Assembly: GCA_036268405.1 (NCBI GenBank)
Contig: DATAUF010000121.1
Location: 9,086 to 73,085 of the forward strand
Direction of reading: 5' to 3'
Source: Mycobacteriales bacterium
Lineage (GTDB): Bacteria > Actinomycetota > Actinomycetes > JAFAQI01
Length of the DNA: 64,000 nt
Under the pieces are notes generated by a model, which was not told where the DNA came from, did no database searches, and was given only the letters and a program-made list of their open reading frames with translations. Of the stretch, positions 9,104 through 17,777 are shown piece after piece. The position numbers were made by a program, and so were the translations under genes. Position 1 is the stretch's first letter; every line of letters starts with the position of its first letter.

Positions 9104-10252
9104 CTAGCCCGTCGGACCGGGTCGATCCGCGAGTCGCGACTCGGCCAGCTCGAGATTGGCCTGAACCCGCGCCCGCTCGTTGTCAGGCAGGCGATCGTCG
9201 GAGAGCAGGTCGCGGCACAGCGCAGAGGACTCCTCGTTCCTGCCGATCCAGGACGCGGCTACTCCCAGCTCGTCGCGCGCCCGCCATCGGTAGACACCTT
9301 CGTCCACCCACAGCACCTCGTTCTCCGGTCGCGGCATTGCCTCGGCGTACGAAGCGAAGAGGTGAGCGAGTCGGTACCGGCCGTTCTGACGCAGGTAGCG
9401 AGCGAGCTCGCACAGTGGCTCGGCGCGGATCGGGCGGCATTCGAACGCTGCCAGGTATGCCGCCACCACGACGTCCGGATCGGCGCCGAGCTGCTCATTC
9501 ATTCCCGCGACGTTGATCAGCGAGTCGTAGACCTCCTCCGCGTGGCCGCCCATCGTCGCGCGCTGCTGGAAGGACTCGAGGGCGTTGGCCCACTGCCCCG
9601 CCCACAGGTAGCTGCGCGCCAGGTAGTAGCGGTAACGCGGGTTGTCCGGCTCGTCCGCAACCGCCTGCTCCAGCAGCTCGGCCTCGCGGGTGTACTTCTC
9701 CGCCTGCGTCAGGCCGGCGCCCCGACCGCCGTCGAAGAGGCCGACGATCCGGGGGCCGTCCAGCGGCAAGCAGCGCGCCGGCGTCTCGCACTCGATGTAC
9801 TCGTGAATCACGCCGCGGTATCTCCAGGGGAGCCGGTTGGCAACGAGACGTTCGAGGCGGTAGGTCACGGTGCCCGTGACCATCGTCAGCGAGTAGCCGT
9901 CAGCGACGAGCGGGGGCCAACTGAACGCGGGCGGCAGCTCGAGGACCTCGTCGGCGTCGACGATGAGGCTGTAGTCAGCCGCCTCGCGTGCCAGCTCGAG
10001 AGCCTCGCTGCGGTTGGAACCGAAGTTGCGCCAGGGGCGTTCGTGCAACGTGCCCGGTATGTCACTGAGCAACGACGTCACCAGCTGCTGCGTGCCGTCG
10101 GTCGAACCGGTGTCGACGATCGTCCAGGTGTCGATCATCGGCCGGACGGACTCGATGCATCGCCCGATCACGTGCGCTTCGTCTTTGACGATCATGCATA
10201 GCCCGACCCGCGTACCCACGCGGTGATTGTGTCGCAGAACGACCGGCGTCAC
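9104..10252 (-). CDS. Family 2 glycosyltransferase with C-terminal TPR repeats
   Basis: GLCMIVKDEAHVIGRCIESVRPMIDTWTIVDTGSTDGT (GT2 motif), then TPR-like YYLARSYLWAGQWANALESFQQ. GTG start overlaps the upstream stop (GTGA). Confidence 0.7.
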   Translation of the reverse strand: MTPVVLRHNHRVGTRVGLCMIVKDEAHVIGRCIESVRPMIDTWTIVDTGSTDGTQQLVTSLLSDIPGTLHERPWRNFGSNRSEALELAREAADYSLIVDADEVLELPPAFSWPPLVADGYSLTMVTGTVTYRLERLVANRLPWRYRGVIHEYIECETPARCLPLDGPRIVGLFDGGRGAGLTQAEKYTREAELLEQAVADEPDNPRYRYYLARSYLWAGQWANALESFQQRATMGGHAEEVYDSLINVAGMNEQLGADPDVVVAAYLAAFECRPIRAEPLCELARYLRQNGRYRLAHLFASYAEAMPRPENEVLWVDEGVYRWRARDELGVAASWIGRNEESSALCRDLLSDDRLPDNERARVQANLELAESRLADRPGPTG

Positions 10253-11517
10253 GCCTCCGAGCGGCGCCGGGACTCCGACGCCGCCCAGGCGAAGACGCCC
10301 TTGGCCATCGTCGACGCCTCGAACTCCGCCCGCGCGCCGAAGACCTCGGCCCGCGCACGATGCACGCCGGCGTCATCAGGTGCCGCGAGCGCCGCGATCT
10401 CTGCAAGATGGCCGGCAAGCCGCAGCGATTCCTCGTCGCCTGATGCGGCAAGGGATGCGGCGCGGTCGGCGAGCGCCGACGCACCTCCGGCGAGCGACGC
10501 GAGCTCAGCGGCAACGACTGCGTCCGGGGCCGGCTTGAGTGACGCCGGGTTGCCGTCGTACCAGCCGCCGTAGAGCCGCCAGATGTTGCGCACGACGAAC
10601 TCCGGCTCGTCGTAGACCGGCCGCAGGTAGGGCTTCGCGAGCAGCTCGGCGGGTGCCTTGACCGAGTGGATGATCTCGTCGAGCCGCGCACCCTGGTTCA
10701 TCATCGCGACGGTCTGCTCGTGCAGCGACTCGAGCAACGCGGCGGTGTCGAGCAGCGCGGTCTTCACCCGGTCCGCACCGACGACCGGCACGCCGTGCCC
10801 GGGCAGCAGGAACTCGGCATCGAGTGCGGCCATCTGGCGCAGCGCCCGTGCCCACTCGATGGGGTAGCGCTGCACCTTCTGCGGGTTGCCGGCATTGGGA
10901 GAAGCCCAGATGAACAGGTCGCCGCTGCAGAGCACCTTCTTCTCGGGGATCCACGTCCAGGTGTGGTCGTCGGTCTCGCCGCGCGCGTGATGCAGCTCGA
11001 TCGTCATTCCGCCGATGACCAATGTCATCGAGTCGCGGTAGGTCACGTCGGGGTAGCGGTACTCCATAGGCCACTGCAGCCCGGGCACCTGGAACTGGCG
11101 CCGGTTGATGATCGCGTTGTACTCGCTGGTCATCTTGTAGCGGTCGAACCGCGCAGGCAGCGCCTCGTGGGCGACGACCTGCGGTGCTCGCCAGCCCTTC
11201 TCGCTGGCCTCGGCCTGGAAGACCTGCACGCCGAAGACGTGGTCGACGTGGCCGTGCGAGTAGACGGCGGTGTGCAGTGGCTTGTCCGACCACTCGCGAA
11301 TCTGTCCGTGAATGGTCGTTGCGAACATCTCGCTGCCGGTGTCGACCAGGAACAGCCCGTCATCGGTCGAGAACGCAGAGACGTTGGCGAACGTCGGCAG
11401 GAACGCGACACCGTCCGCGCACTCCTCGAGTCCCATCCCGGCAAACAGCTGGTGACCGCTGGTGATGGTCTCCTCGCCGCGCCACAGCCGGTCGGCGTAG
11501 TCCAGGGTCTCGCCCAT
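10249..11517 (-). CDS. MBL-fold hydrolase with alkyl-sulfatase dimerisation domain (no SCP2 tail)
   Basis: HTAVYSHGHVDHVFG (HxHxDH), GETDDHTW, and a C-terminal YLRPVYDEPEFVVRNIWRLYGGWYDGNPASLKP typical of SdsA1/alkyl-sulfatase-like proteins. Confidence 0.7.
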   Translation of the reverse strand: MGETLDYADRLWRGEETITSGHQLFAGMGLEECADGVAFLPTFANVSAFSTDDGLFLVDTGSEMFATTIHGQIREWSDKPLHTAVYSHGHVDHVFGVQVFQAEASEKGWRAPQVVAHEALPARFDRYKMTSEYNAIINRRQFQVPGLQWPMEYRYPDVTYRDSMTLVIGGMTIELHHARGETDDHTWTWIPEKKVLCSGDLFIWASPNAGNPQKVQRYPIEWARALRQMAALDAEFLLPGHGVPVVGADRVKTALLDTAALLESLHEQTVAMMNQGARLDEIIHSVKAPAELLAKPYLRPVYDEPEFVVRNIWRLYGGWYDGNPASLKPAPDAVVAAELASLAGGASALADRAASLAASGDEESLRLAGHLAEIAALAAPDDAGVHRARAEVFGARAEFEASTMAKGVFAWAASESRRRSEA

Positions 11518-11529
11518 CTGGATCTCTCC

Positions 11530-12438
11530 TTATTTCTTCCCAGCCTCCGGGCTCGCGCCCTTCGGTCCGTAGGGACGTCGGTGTCGCGCGGCCGGCATCC
11601 ACTCGGTGCCGGCGGTGTCATCGATTCGTGCGACGAGCCTGTCACCGACCGGCTCGACAATATTGAGGAACTCCAAGGTGTGCTCCTCGCCGAGGATCCG
11701 CCACGCCTGCTCGCAGAGCGCGTCGGTTCGGTCCTCGATCTGCTGCCGCAACTCGAGGCCGGCGTCGTTGACCTCGCCACCCGTGGCAAGCCCTCGCGCC
11801 TCGAGGCCGGCGTACGCCGCCGCGAGTGCGGCATCGTCGGAACCGCGGCTGCGTGGGATCCAGTCCTTCGGGTAGTTCAGGTGTGCGTTGTGCAGCAGTC
11901 CGGCCTGGGTCGCCGAGATGTCCTCTGTCGCGAGGACGGCGAAGTGCGTGTCACCGCGCCACTCGCGGATGCAGTTGACCGCCAGCCACGCCGACAGCAA
12001 GTCGTTGTCCGGTCGTGGCTGCTGGCGGTGTGCGGCGAAGAGCGCGCGGCCCGAGACCGCAAGCGCGTCGGCCGCCTCCCACAGCGGAGCAGCCAGTGCG
12101 GCGAGCCCGTCGCAGATCTCGGGGACGTAGGACGTGAGGCCGGCGACGACCGCGTCGTTGCGTGCGGCGATGATCGCGTCGTATGTCGTGTGCTGTTCGG
12201 TGATCTGCAACGCGGCCGCGATGAACTCGGCGGAGATCGAGTAGAACGTCGCGGCCACGACCTGCGGACCCGCCGGGGCGAGTGGCGCGGACCGGCTCGC
12301 GATGTAGGTGATGCCACCCATCTCGACCCCGAGCGCGGCGTACCGTTCGAGCGCTCCGGGATCCCAGTAGATCCAGCCGATCAGCCGATGAGAGGCGAAG
12401 GACGCGCGCGCGGACAGGTCGGTCCAGTCGGCAGTCAT
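11530..12438 (-). CDS. Conserved actinobacterial hypothetical protein (SCO6745-like helical protein)
   Basis: Good coding frame of 302 aa and first gene of the minus-strand operon 12438->9104. Family assignment is from memory only. Confidence 0.45.
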   Translation of the reverse strand: MTADWTDLSARASFASHRLIGWIYWDPGALERYAALGVEMGGITYIASRSAPLAPAGPQVVAATFYSISAEFIAAALQITEQHTTYDAIIAARNDAVVAGLTSYVPEICDGLAALAAPLWEAADALAVSGRALFAAHRQQPRPDNDLLSAWLAVNCIREWRGDTHFAVLATEDISATQAGLLHNAHLNYPKDWIPRSRGSDDAALAAAYAGLEARGLATGGEVNDAGLELRQQIEDRTDALCEQAWRILGEEHTLEFLNIVEPVGDRLVARIDDTAGTEWMPAARHRRPYGPKGASPEAGKK

Positions 12439-12514
12439 GACCGGGCGTTCCTACCATCTGTCAGTACCTGTGACAATAGGTTGACGTGCGGCTGCCGTTG
12501 CTAGCCTTGGTGCG

Positions 12515-13462
12515 ATGGTCGCCGTCCCCGCCGAGCTTCCTCAAGAGGATCTCCCGCCGAGCCCCAACGCTGATCTTTCGCTGCGCCGCGACTTCCACGA
12601 CTTGCGCGTGGAGCGGGCCGACGAGCTCTGGAACTACGGCTACATCGCGCTCTCGTGGGCGGCGGTTGCGGGCTCCGTCGCGATGTTCTGGAAGCGTCGT
12701 ACGCCGGCCAGCGCGGTCGCAGCAGTGGCGGTCATCGCCAGCCGCCAGCAGGCGCTGTTCAACGTCGAGCACGATGCGTTGCACCGGTCGCTCGCCAGGA
12801 ACCGCACGGTCAACGACGTCCTCGGCCTGGTCACGGCCGCGGCGCCGGTCGGCTCGGGCTTTCGGTCCACTCGTGCGCATCACCTGCGCCACCACCGGCT
12901 GCTCAACACTCCCGACGACCCGGACGGCCTCCTCCACAAGGGTCCGCACCTCGACACCCGCAAGGGCTTGCTGCGTCACCTCTTTGAGGGCTTCACCGGG
13001 ATCTATGCGGTCAAGCTCCTCGGCCGCCGTGATGGGTGGGTCGACCCGAAGACGGCGCGCAAGGACAAGCGCGATCTCGCCCTCGTGCAGCTCGGGCTCT
13101 GGGGGATCTTCACCAAGCTCACCTCGTGGTGGACCTATCCGCTGCTCTGGCTCGCGCCGCTGCTGACCGTCACCTCGGGCGTCGTGGTGACGCGCAACTA
13201 CTTCGACCACGCGCTGGTCGGCGACGAGCTCGAGGCCTACCCGGACCGCCGGGTCTCCGTGGACGCCAACGCGGCCGAAGGTCCGAACCTGTCGCCCTAC
13301 AACATGAACTGGCACGCCGAGCACCACCTGTTCCCGTGGATCCCCGCGCGCCGGCTGCCCGAGGCGTCGCGGCGGCTCGCGGCCCGCTCGGACTCGCCGG
13401 ACCGGCTGGTGCGGAAGACCTACCTCGGTGCGCTGATCAAGCACGTCAAGATGCTCCCTTGA
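12515..13462 (+). CDS. Fatty acid desaturase family membrane protein
   Basis: Three His boxes: HDALHRS, HHLRHHR, HAEHHLFP. N-terminal TM segments. Start codon is uncertain. Confidence 0.75.
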   Translation: MVAVPAELPQEDLPPSPNADLSLRRDFHDLRVERADELWNYGYIALSWAAVAGSVAMFWKRRTPASAVAAVAVIASRQQALFNVEHDALHRSLARNRTVNDVLGLVTAAAPVGSGFRSTRAHHLRHHRLLNTPDDPDGLLHKGPHLDTRKGLLRHLFEGFTGIYAVKLLGRRDGWVDPKTARKDKRDLALVQLGLWGIFTKLTSWWTYPLLWLAPLLTVTSGVVVTRNYFDHALVGDELEAYPDRRVSVDANAAEGPNLSPYNMNWHAEHHLFPWIPARRLPEASRRLAARSDSPDRLVRKTYLGALIKHVKMLP

Positions 13463-13475
13463 GCGGCTCTGCTCA

Positions 13476-14492
13476 GTGACCACCAGCGACATCCGCACCG
13501 TCCGCCGGCCCTGCGCGCTGTGCGGCAACACCGAGGCGACGGTGCTGTGGAGTGGTCACGAGCACGAGTACACCGACACCACCGACGCGACGTTCTCGGT
13601 GGTGAAGTGCGACACGTGCGGCCTTGGCCGGCTCGACCCGTGCCCGGACGTCAGCGAGCTCGACACGATCTACCCGCCGACCTACTACAGCTACAACATG
13701 GTCAGCGACCGGCGTCCCGATGGCTCCTTGGGCATGAAGGAGAAGGTGTCGCTGAAGTACACCAACCGGGTCCTGACGACCGCCATGCAGCGGGCCGGGA
13801 TCCCGGAGGGCCAGCCCGTCCGCCTCCTCGACGTCGGTTGCGGCGACGGCCGGATCCTCGACTACTACCGGGCGAGCCGTCCCGAGGGAATGGTCGAGAC
13901 CTGGGGTCTGGACATCAACGGCGACGCGCTTGCCACCGCGGCGAAGGCCGGACACAAGACCGTGCAAGGCGCCTTCGAGGATGCCAACGATCTGCCGAAG
14001 GGCTACTTCGACATCGTCGTCGCCCGCCACGTCATCGAGCACGTCGAGGACCCGGTCGTCTTCACCCGCAACGCAGCGGAGCTGCTCCGGCCGGGCGGAG
14101 TGTTTCTCGCCGCGACGCCGGACTTCGGGTCGAAGGACGCGCAGAAGTTCCGAGGCCACTGGGGCGGCAACCACTTCCCGCGGCACTGGTGGTTCTTCGA
14201 CGCGGATTCGATGCGCAAGGTCGCCGAGCACGTCGGGCTCGAATGCGTGGTCGTCGAGTACGAGCTCAACCCGGTCTTCTGGACCTGGACGATGCACTCG
14301 GCGCTACGCGATCGCTTTCCCGAAGCGAGGTGGGTCGACGCGATCTTCCCGCCGGTATCGATCTTCTACGGCGGCCCCCGCAGCTTCCTGCTGCAGGGCG
14401 GATTCACCGTGGTCGACTCTGTCGTGCGTCGTACGACGGGAATGACCGGCAGCATGATCGCAACGCTCCGCAAGCCGGTCGAAGCTTCCTAA
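13476..14492 (+). CDS. Class I SAM-dependent methyltransferase with N-terminal Zn-ribbon
   Basis: CALCG...CDTCG (4-Cys ribbon), LLDVGCGDGRIL (motif I), VVARHVIEHVEDP. Confidence 0.75.
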   Translation: MTTSDIRTVRRPCALCGNTEATVLWSGHEHEYTDTTDATFSVVKCDTCGLGRLDPCPDVSELDTIYPPTYYSYNMVSDRRPDGSLGMKEKVSLKYTNRVLTTAMQRAGIPEGQPVRLLDVGCGDGRILDYYRASRPEGMVETWGLDINGDALATAAKAGHKTVQGAFEDANDLPKGYFDIVVARHVIEHVEDPVVFTRNAAELLRPGGVFLAATPDFGSKDAQKFRGHWGGNHFPRHWWFFDADSMRKVAEHVGLECVVVEYELNPVFWTWTMHSALRDRFPEARWVDAIFPPVSIFYGGPRSFLLQGGFTVVDSVVRRTTGMTGSMIATLRKPVEAS

Positions 14493-14986
14493 GTCGCGTC
14501 GATCAGCTCGGCGAGCTTTTCCAGGCTCGTGGTCATCGCCTCGATCCAGGTCGCGCCTCCCTTGGTGGCCGCCTGCAGCCACTCGGGGGACTCGATGCAG
14601 TCGAAGGTCTCAGTGACGTCGGTGACACCATCGCCGACCGGGCTCAGTGCGAATCCCCAGCGGTGCTTTGCCGAGACGCCGACACGCTCCGCCGCCTCCG
14701 GCCGGGAGGCGCGGCTCAGGGTCGGCTGCCATCGGATGAGTCGGTCCGGGGTGAAGTCGACGACCACGTTGGTGATCTCGTAGTCGTCCATGTGGGGGTT
14801 CCACATCTCGACCACGAAGCTGTCCCCGACACCGGAGAGTGGACCCGCAACCGTCGAGCGGAGCATCCCGGAGCCGTCGAACTCCACGTGGTTGGCCGGG
14901 TCACACAGCGCGGCGAAGATCGTCGCCGCGGGAGCGTCGAATCGCCGCGTGACCGCGACGGCGCAATCACGGGTGTCAACGGACAT
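14489..14986 (-). CDS. SRPBCC (START/polyketide cyclase-like) family protein
   Basis: VTRRFDAPAATIFAALCDPANHVEFDG... has a typical SRPBCC N-terminus. Convergent 4-nt overlap with the methyltransferase stop. Confidence 0.6.
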   Translation of the reverse strand: MSVDTRDCAVAVTRRFDAPAATIFAALCDPANHVEFDGSGMLRSTVAGPLSGVGDSFVVEMWNPHMDDYEITNVVVDFTPDRLIRWQPTLSRASRPEAAERVGVSAKHRWGFALSPVGDGVTDVTETFDCIESPEWLQAATKGGATWIEAMTTSLEKLAELIDAT

Positions 14987-16205
14987 CGAGCACCCATTCG
15001 TCGTTGGTGATCAGCGGTACGACGGTGCCGTCGGCGCGCATGCCGTCGACATCGACACCGGGGCCGCCGATCACGACGTCCGTGTGCACGACCGAGCGGT
15101 TGAGCCCGAGTTCGTAGAGCTCATCGGACGAGCGTTCCAACCCGCCGCGCACCGCATACGGGAAGCTCTGGCCCCAGGCGACGTGCGAGCCCGCGTTCTC
15201 GTCGTACAACGTGTCGTGGAAGACGACGCCGGCGGAACGCACCCGTGAGTCGCGGTCGACGAGCGCGACCTCGCCGAGCGATCGGGCGCCGTCATCGGTC
15301 TCGTGCTCCGCACGCACTGCGTCTTCGCCTTTCTCGGCCTCGATGTTGACCACGCGGCCACCCTCGAAGTCGACGACCAGCCCGTCCACGAATGCGCCTG
15401 ACCGCGGCATGACGAGCGGCCGGGTGAGGCGGATCCGGCCGTCGGCGCGGGTGCGGTCAGGGCTCGTGAAGACCTCTTCGGTCGGCAGGTTCGGCATGAT
15501 GTCGACGCCGCGGTTGGTGGTGAGGCCGCCGCCCGTCCAGACCGAGTCCGCAATCAGGCCGACAGTGATGTCGGTATCGCCACCGTGGTAACGCACCGAG
15601 TCGAGTCCGAGCGCGGTGACGGCCGCCGCACGTTCGGTCAGCTGCCGGTGGTGCTCGCGCCAGGCGGCGACGACGTCGGGCTCATCGAGCCGGAACGCGA
15701 TCGCCACCGCCTCCCAGAGCCGCTCGACGTCGGGCTCGCCGAAGACCTGCTGCGCCCAGCCCGGGTTGGGTGCGGCCGCGACGGTCCACGCGAGGTTGTT
15801 GTTGCCGACCGCGTCCTTCGTGAGCATCGCGAGCTCGATCGGCATCGCCGCGAGCCGCTCGGGCGCGATCCCCTCGAACAGGTGTGGTGCCGGGTTGCCG
15901 GTCAGTGCGATGTTCGCCACGTCGCCGTCGTCGTAGGACCGGGCCTTGGCGATCTCCCAGTCGGCGGCCGTGGTCAGGCCTTCCATAGGCGCATGCTTGA
16001 GCGCCGCGAGCTTCACGTGGACGTCGCCGTACTCGACGATGACGCGCCTCGCGCCGGCGAGATAGGCCTGCTCGGCAACTGCCCGCGCGACCTCGGCCAT
16101 CGCGACGTCGCCACGCACGAACACGGTCTGCCCGGGCTGCACGTTGGCCCCGACTCGCACGATGACCTCGGCGTACTTCTCCAGGCGGGTGGCGGGGTCC
16201 GTCAT
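14976..16205 (-). CDS. Aminopeptidase, M29 (AmpS/PepS) family
   Basis: Start trimmed to ATG 16205 (MTDPATRLEKYAEVIVRVGANVQPGQ...). C-terminal GEVALV...HDTLYDENAGSHVAWG...HTDVVIG is typical of M29. Confidence 0.8.
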   Translation of the reverse strand: MTDPATRLEKYAEVIVRVGANVQPGQTVFVRGDVAMAEVARAVAEQAYLAGARRVIVEYGDVHVKLAALKHAPMEGLTTAADWEIAKARSYDDGDVANIALTGNPAPHLFEGIAPERLAAMPIELAMLTKDAVGNNNLAWTVAAAPNPGWAQQVFGEPDVERLWEAVAIAFRLDEPDVVAAWREHHRQLTERAAAVTALGLDSVRYHGGDTDITVGLIADSVWTGGGLTTNRGVDIMPNLPTEEVFTSPDRTRADGRIRLTRPLVMPRSGAFVDGLVVDFEGGRVVNIEAEKGEDAVRAEHETDDGARSLGEVALVDRDSRVRSAGVVFHDTLYDENAGSHVAWGQSFPYAVRGGLERSSDELYELGLNRSVVHTDVVIGGPGVDVDGMRADGTVVPLITNDEWVLDVR

Positions 16206-16235
16206 GGCCCCAGAGTGACATACGCCACTTGGAGG

Positions 16236-16247
16236 CAGGCTTGCCTG
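16236..16247. promoter_or_regulatory. Candidate TetR operator (inverted repeat CAGGC-TT-GCCTG)
   Basis: Seen in the 70-nt divergent spacer between the aminopeptidase and the TetR gene. Short, so it could arise by chance. Confidence 0.25.
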
Positions 16248-16275
16248 TTTGTTTATTTCGCCGTACCGTTCGGCC

Positions 16276-16914
16276 ATGGAGCGGCGGTCCCAGGCAGAGC
16301 GCACCGAGCAGATGCGCGCCCGCTTGTTGTCCGCCACGATCGAGTGCCTCGCGGAGACCGGCTACGGCCGGATGTCGACCAACGACATCGTCCGCCGAGC
16401 TCGCGTTTCTCGGGGCGCTCTGGCCCACCACTTCCCGACGAAGGCCGCGCTCGTCACCGCGGCCGCGGAGCGGCTCGTCGACCAGCGCGGCGCGGAGTTT
16501 CGCGAGCGGCTCAGTGCGGTCGAGCCGGAGCGCCGTACGCCGGACGAGGCGCTCGCCGTGCTCTGGTCCTTCTACGACGACCCGACCGGCCTCGCGCTGA
16601 TCGAGCTGACCGTGGCCGCGCGGGCCTACCCCGAGCTCAAGGTCGTGCTCGGCCGGATGGCCGAGCAGATCGGCGCGATCACCGCCGAGATGGTCCTCGA
16701 GTATTTCCCCGATCTCGCGCAGCTGCCCTTCATCGAGGAGGCACTGCGTTCGCTGCACGCGTTGTACGCCGGGCTCGCGCTGTCCGCGATGGCCGGCGCG
16801 GAGGCTGAGGTGCAGGCCCAACGGGTCCGCGAGTTCCTCGGCGTCCTCGCACTGAACATGCAGGTGTCCACCACCAAGCCGCAGTCCTCCAAGACCCTTC
16901 GGAGCAAGCAATGA
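16276..16914 (+). CDS. TetR family transcriptional regulator
   Basis: ERTEQMRARLLSATIECLAETGYGRMSTNDIVRRARVSRGALAHHFPTKAALV. Start at ATG 16276. Confidence 0.85.
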   Translation: MERRSQAERTEQMRARLLSATIECLAETGYGRMSTNDIVRRARVSRGALAHHFPTKAALVTAAAERLVDQRGAEFRERLSAVEPERRTPDEALAVLWSFYDDPTGLALIELTVAARAYPELKVVLGRMAEQIGAITAEMVLEYFPDLAQLPFIEEALRSLHALYAGLALSAMAGAEAEVQAQRVREFLGVLALNMQVSTTKPQSSKTLRSKQ

Positions 16915-17777
16915 CCGTCATGTCGGTTCCGGCCTCGAGCCCGAAGCGCGTCGTGCGTACCCGCCGCGTCAACTTCGACTACACCCCTGCAACGGTCGAG
17001 CGGCACTATGCCCAGGGCGACCTGATCATGAGCCACATCGTGGCGATCCTTTCGGCGATGTTCCCCGAGGGCGAGGACTTCTTCGTCCGCTCGGTGCGCC
17101 ACTACGCCGACCGCATCACCGACCCCGACCTGAAGGAAGCAGTCGCCGGCTTCACCGGCCAGGAGACGATGCACGGCCGTGAGCACCGCGCGCTCAACGC
17201 CCGGCTGCAGGAGCTCGGCTACCCGACCCGTCGCGTCGACAAGCTGGTGAAGTTCGACCTTGCTCGCGTCGAGAAGCGCGCACCGCACATGGTGCAGCTC
17301 GCGATCACCTCTGCGCTCGAGCACTACACCGCGACCCTCGCGGAGCGGCTGCTCTCGAGCGAGCGGGCCCGCGACATGCTCGGTGAGGGCGAGGTCCGCA
17401 AGGTCCTGCTCTGGCATGCGCTGGAGGAGTCCGAGCACAAGGCCGTCGCGTTCGACGTCTACCGCGCGATGGGCGGCACCGAGAAGATGCGAATCCGCGT
17501 CATGCGCGTGATGACGTGGTCATTCATCTTCGGTACGACGGTCCACACGCTGCTGTCCATGCTCGCCGACCGCTCGACGTACAACCCGGTCCGACTCGGC
17601 GCAAGCATCAAGCGGCTGACCCACTCGCCGTTCCTCGGCAAGAAGATGGTCGCCGCGATCAAGGACTACAACCGCGAGGGTTTCCACCCCAACGACCACG
17701 ACAACTCCGAGCTGCTGGCGCACTGGACAAAGGAGCTGTTCGGTGAGCAGGGTCAGCTCGTGGGGAACCTCAAGTGA
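16911..17777 (+). CDS. Predicted metal-dependent hydrolase (PF10118-like), paralog of 5694-6569
   Basis: ATGA overlap with the TetR stop. FTGQETMHGREH, WHALEESEHKAVAFDVY. Confidence 0.6.
   Translation: MTVMSVPASSPKRVVRTRRVNFDYTPATVERHYAQGDLIMSHIVAILSAMFPEGEDFFVRSVRHYADRITDPDLKEAVAGFTGQETMHGREHRALNARLQELGYPTRRVDKLVKFDLARVEKRAPHMVQLAITSALEHYTATLAERLLSSERARDMLGEGEVRKVLLWHALEESEHKAVAFDVYRAMGGTEKMRIRVMRVMTWSFIFGTTVHTLLSMLADRSTYNPVRLGASIKRLTHSPFLGKKMVAAIKDYNREGFHPNDHDNSELLAHWTKELFGEQGQLVGNLK

Noticed and set aside
10666-12504. 612-aa plus-strand ORF, and similar long ORFs at 9098-10201, 12461-13531, 13520-15010, 15585-16808, 15682-16911, 17753-19165, 5387-6595, 34399-35469, 35617-36591, 54227-55264 and 61329-62903
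   Set aside because: All lie antisense to, or out of frame with, genes that have clear family motifs. Their translations are Arg/Gly/Pro/Asp-biased without recognisable domains.
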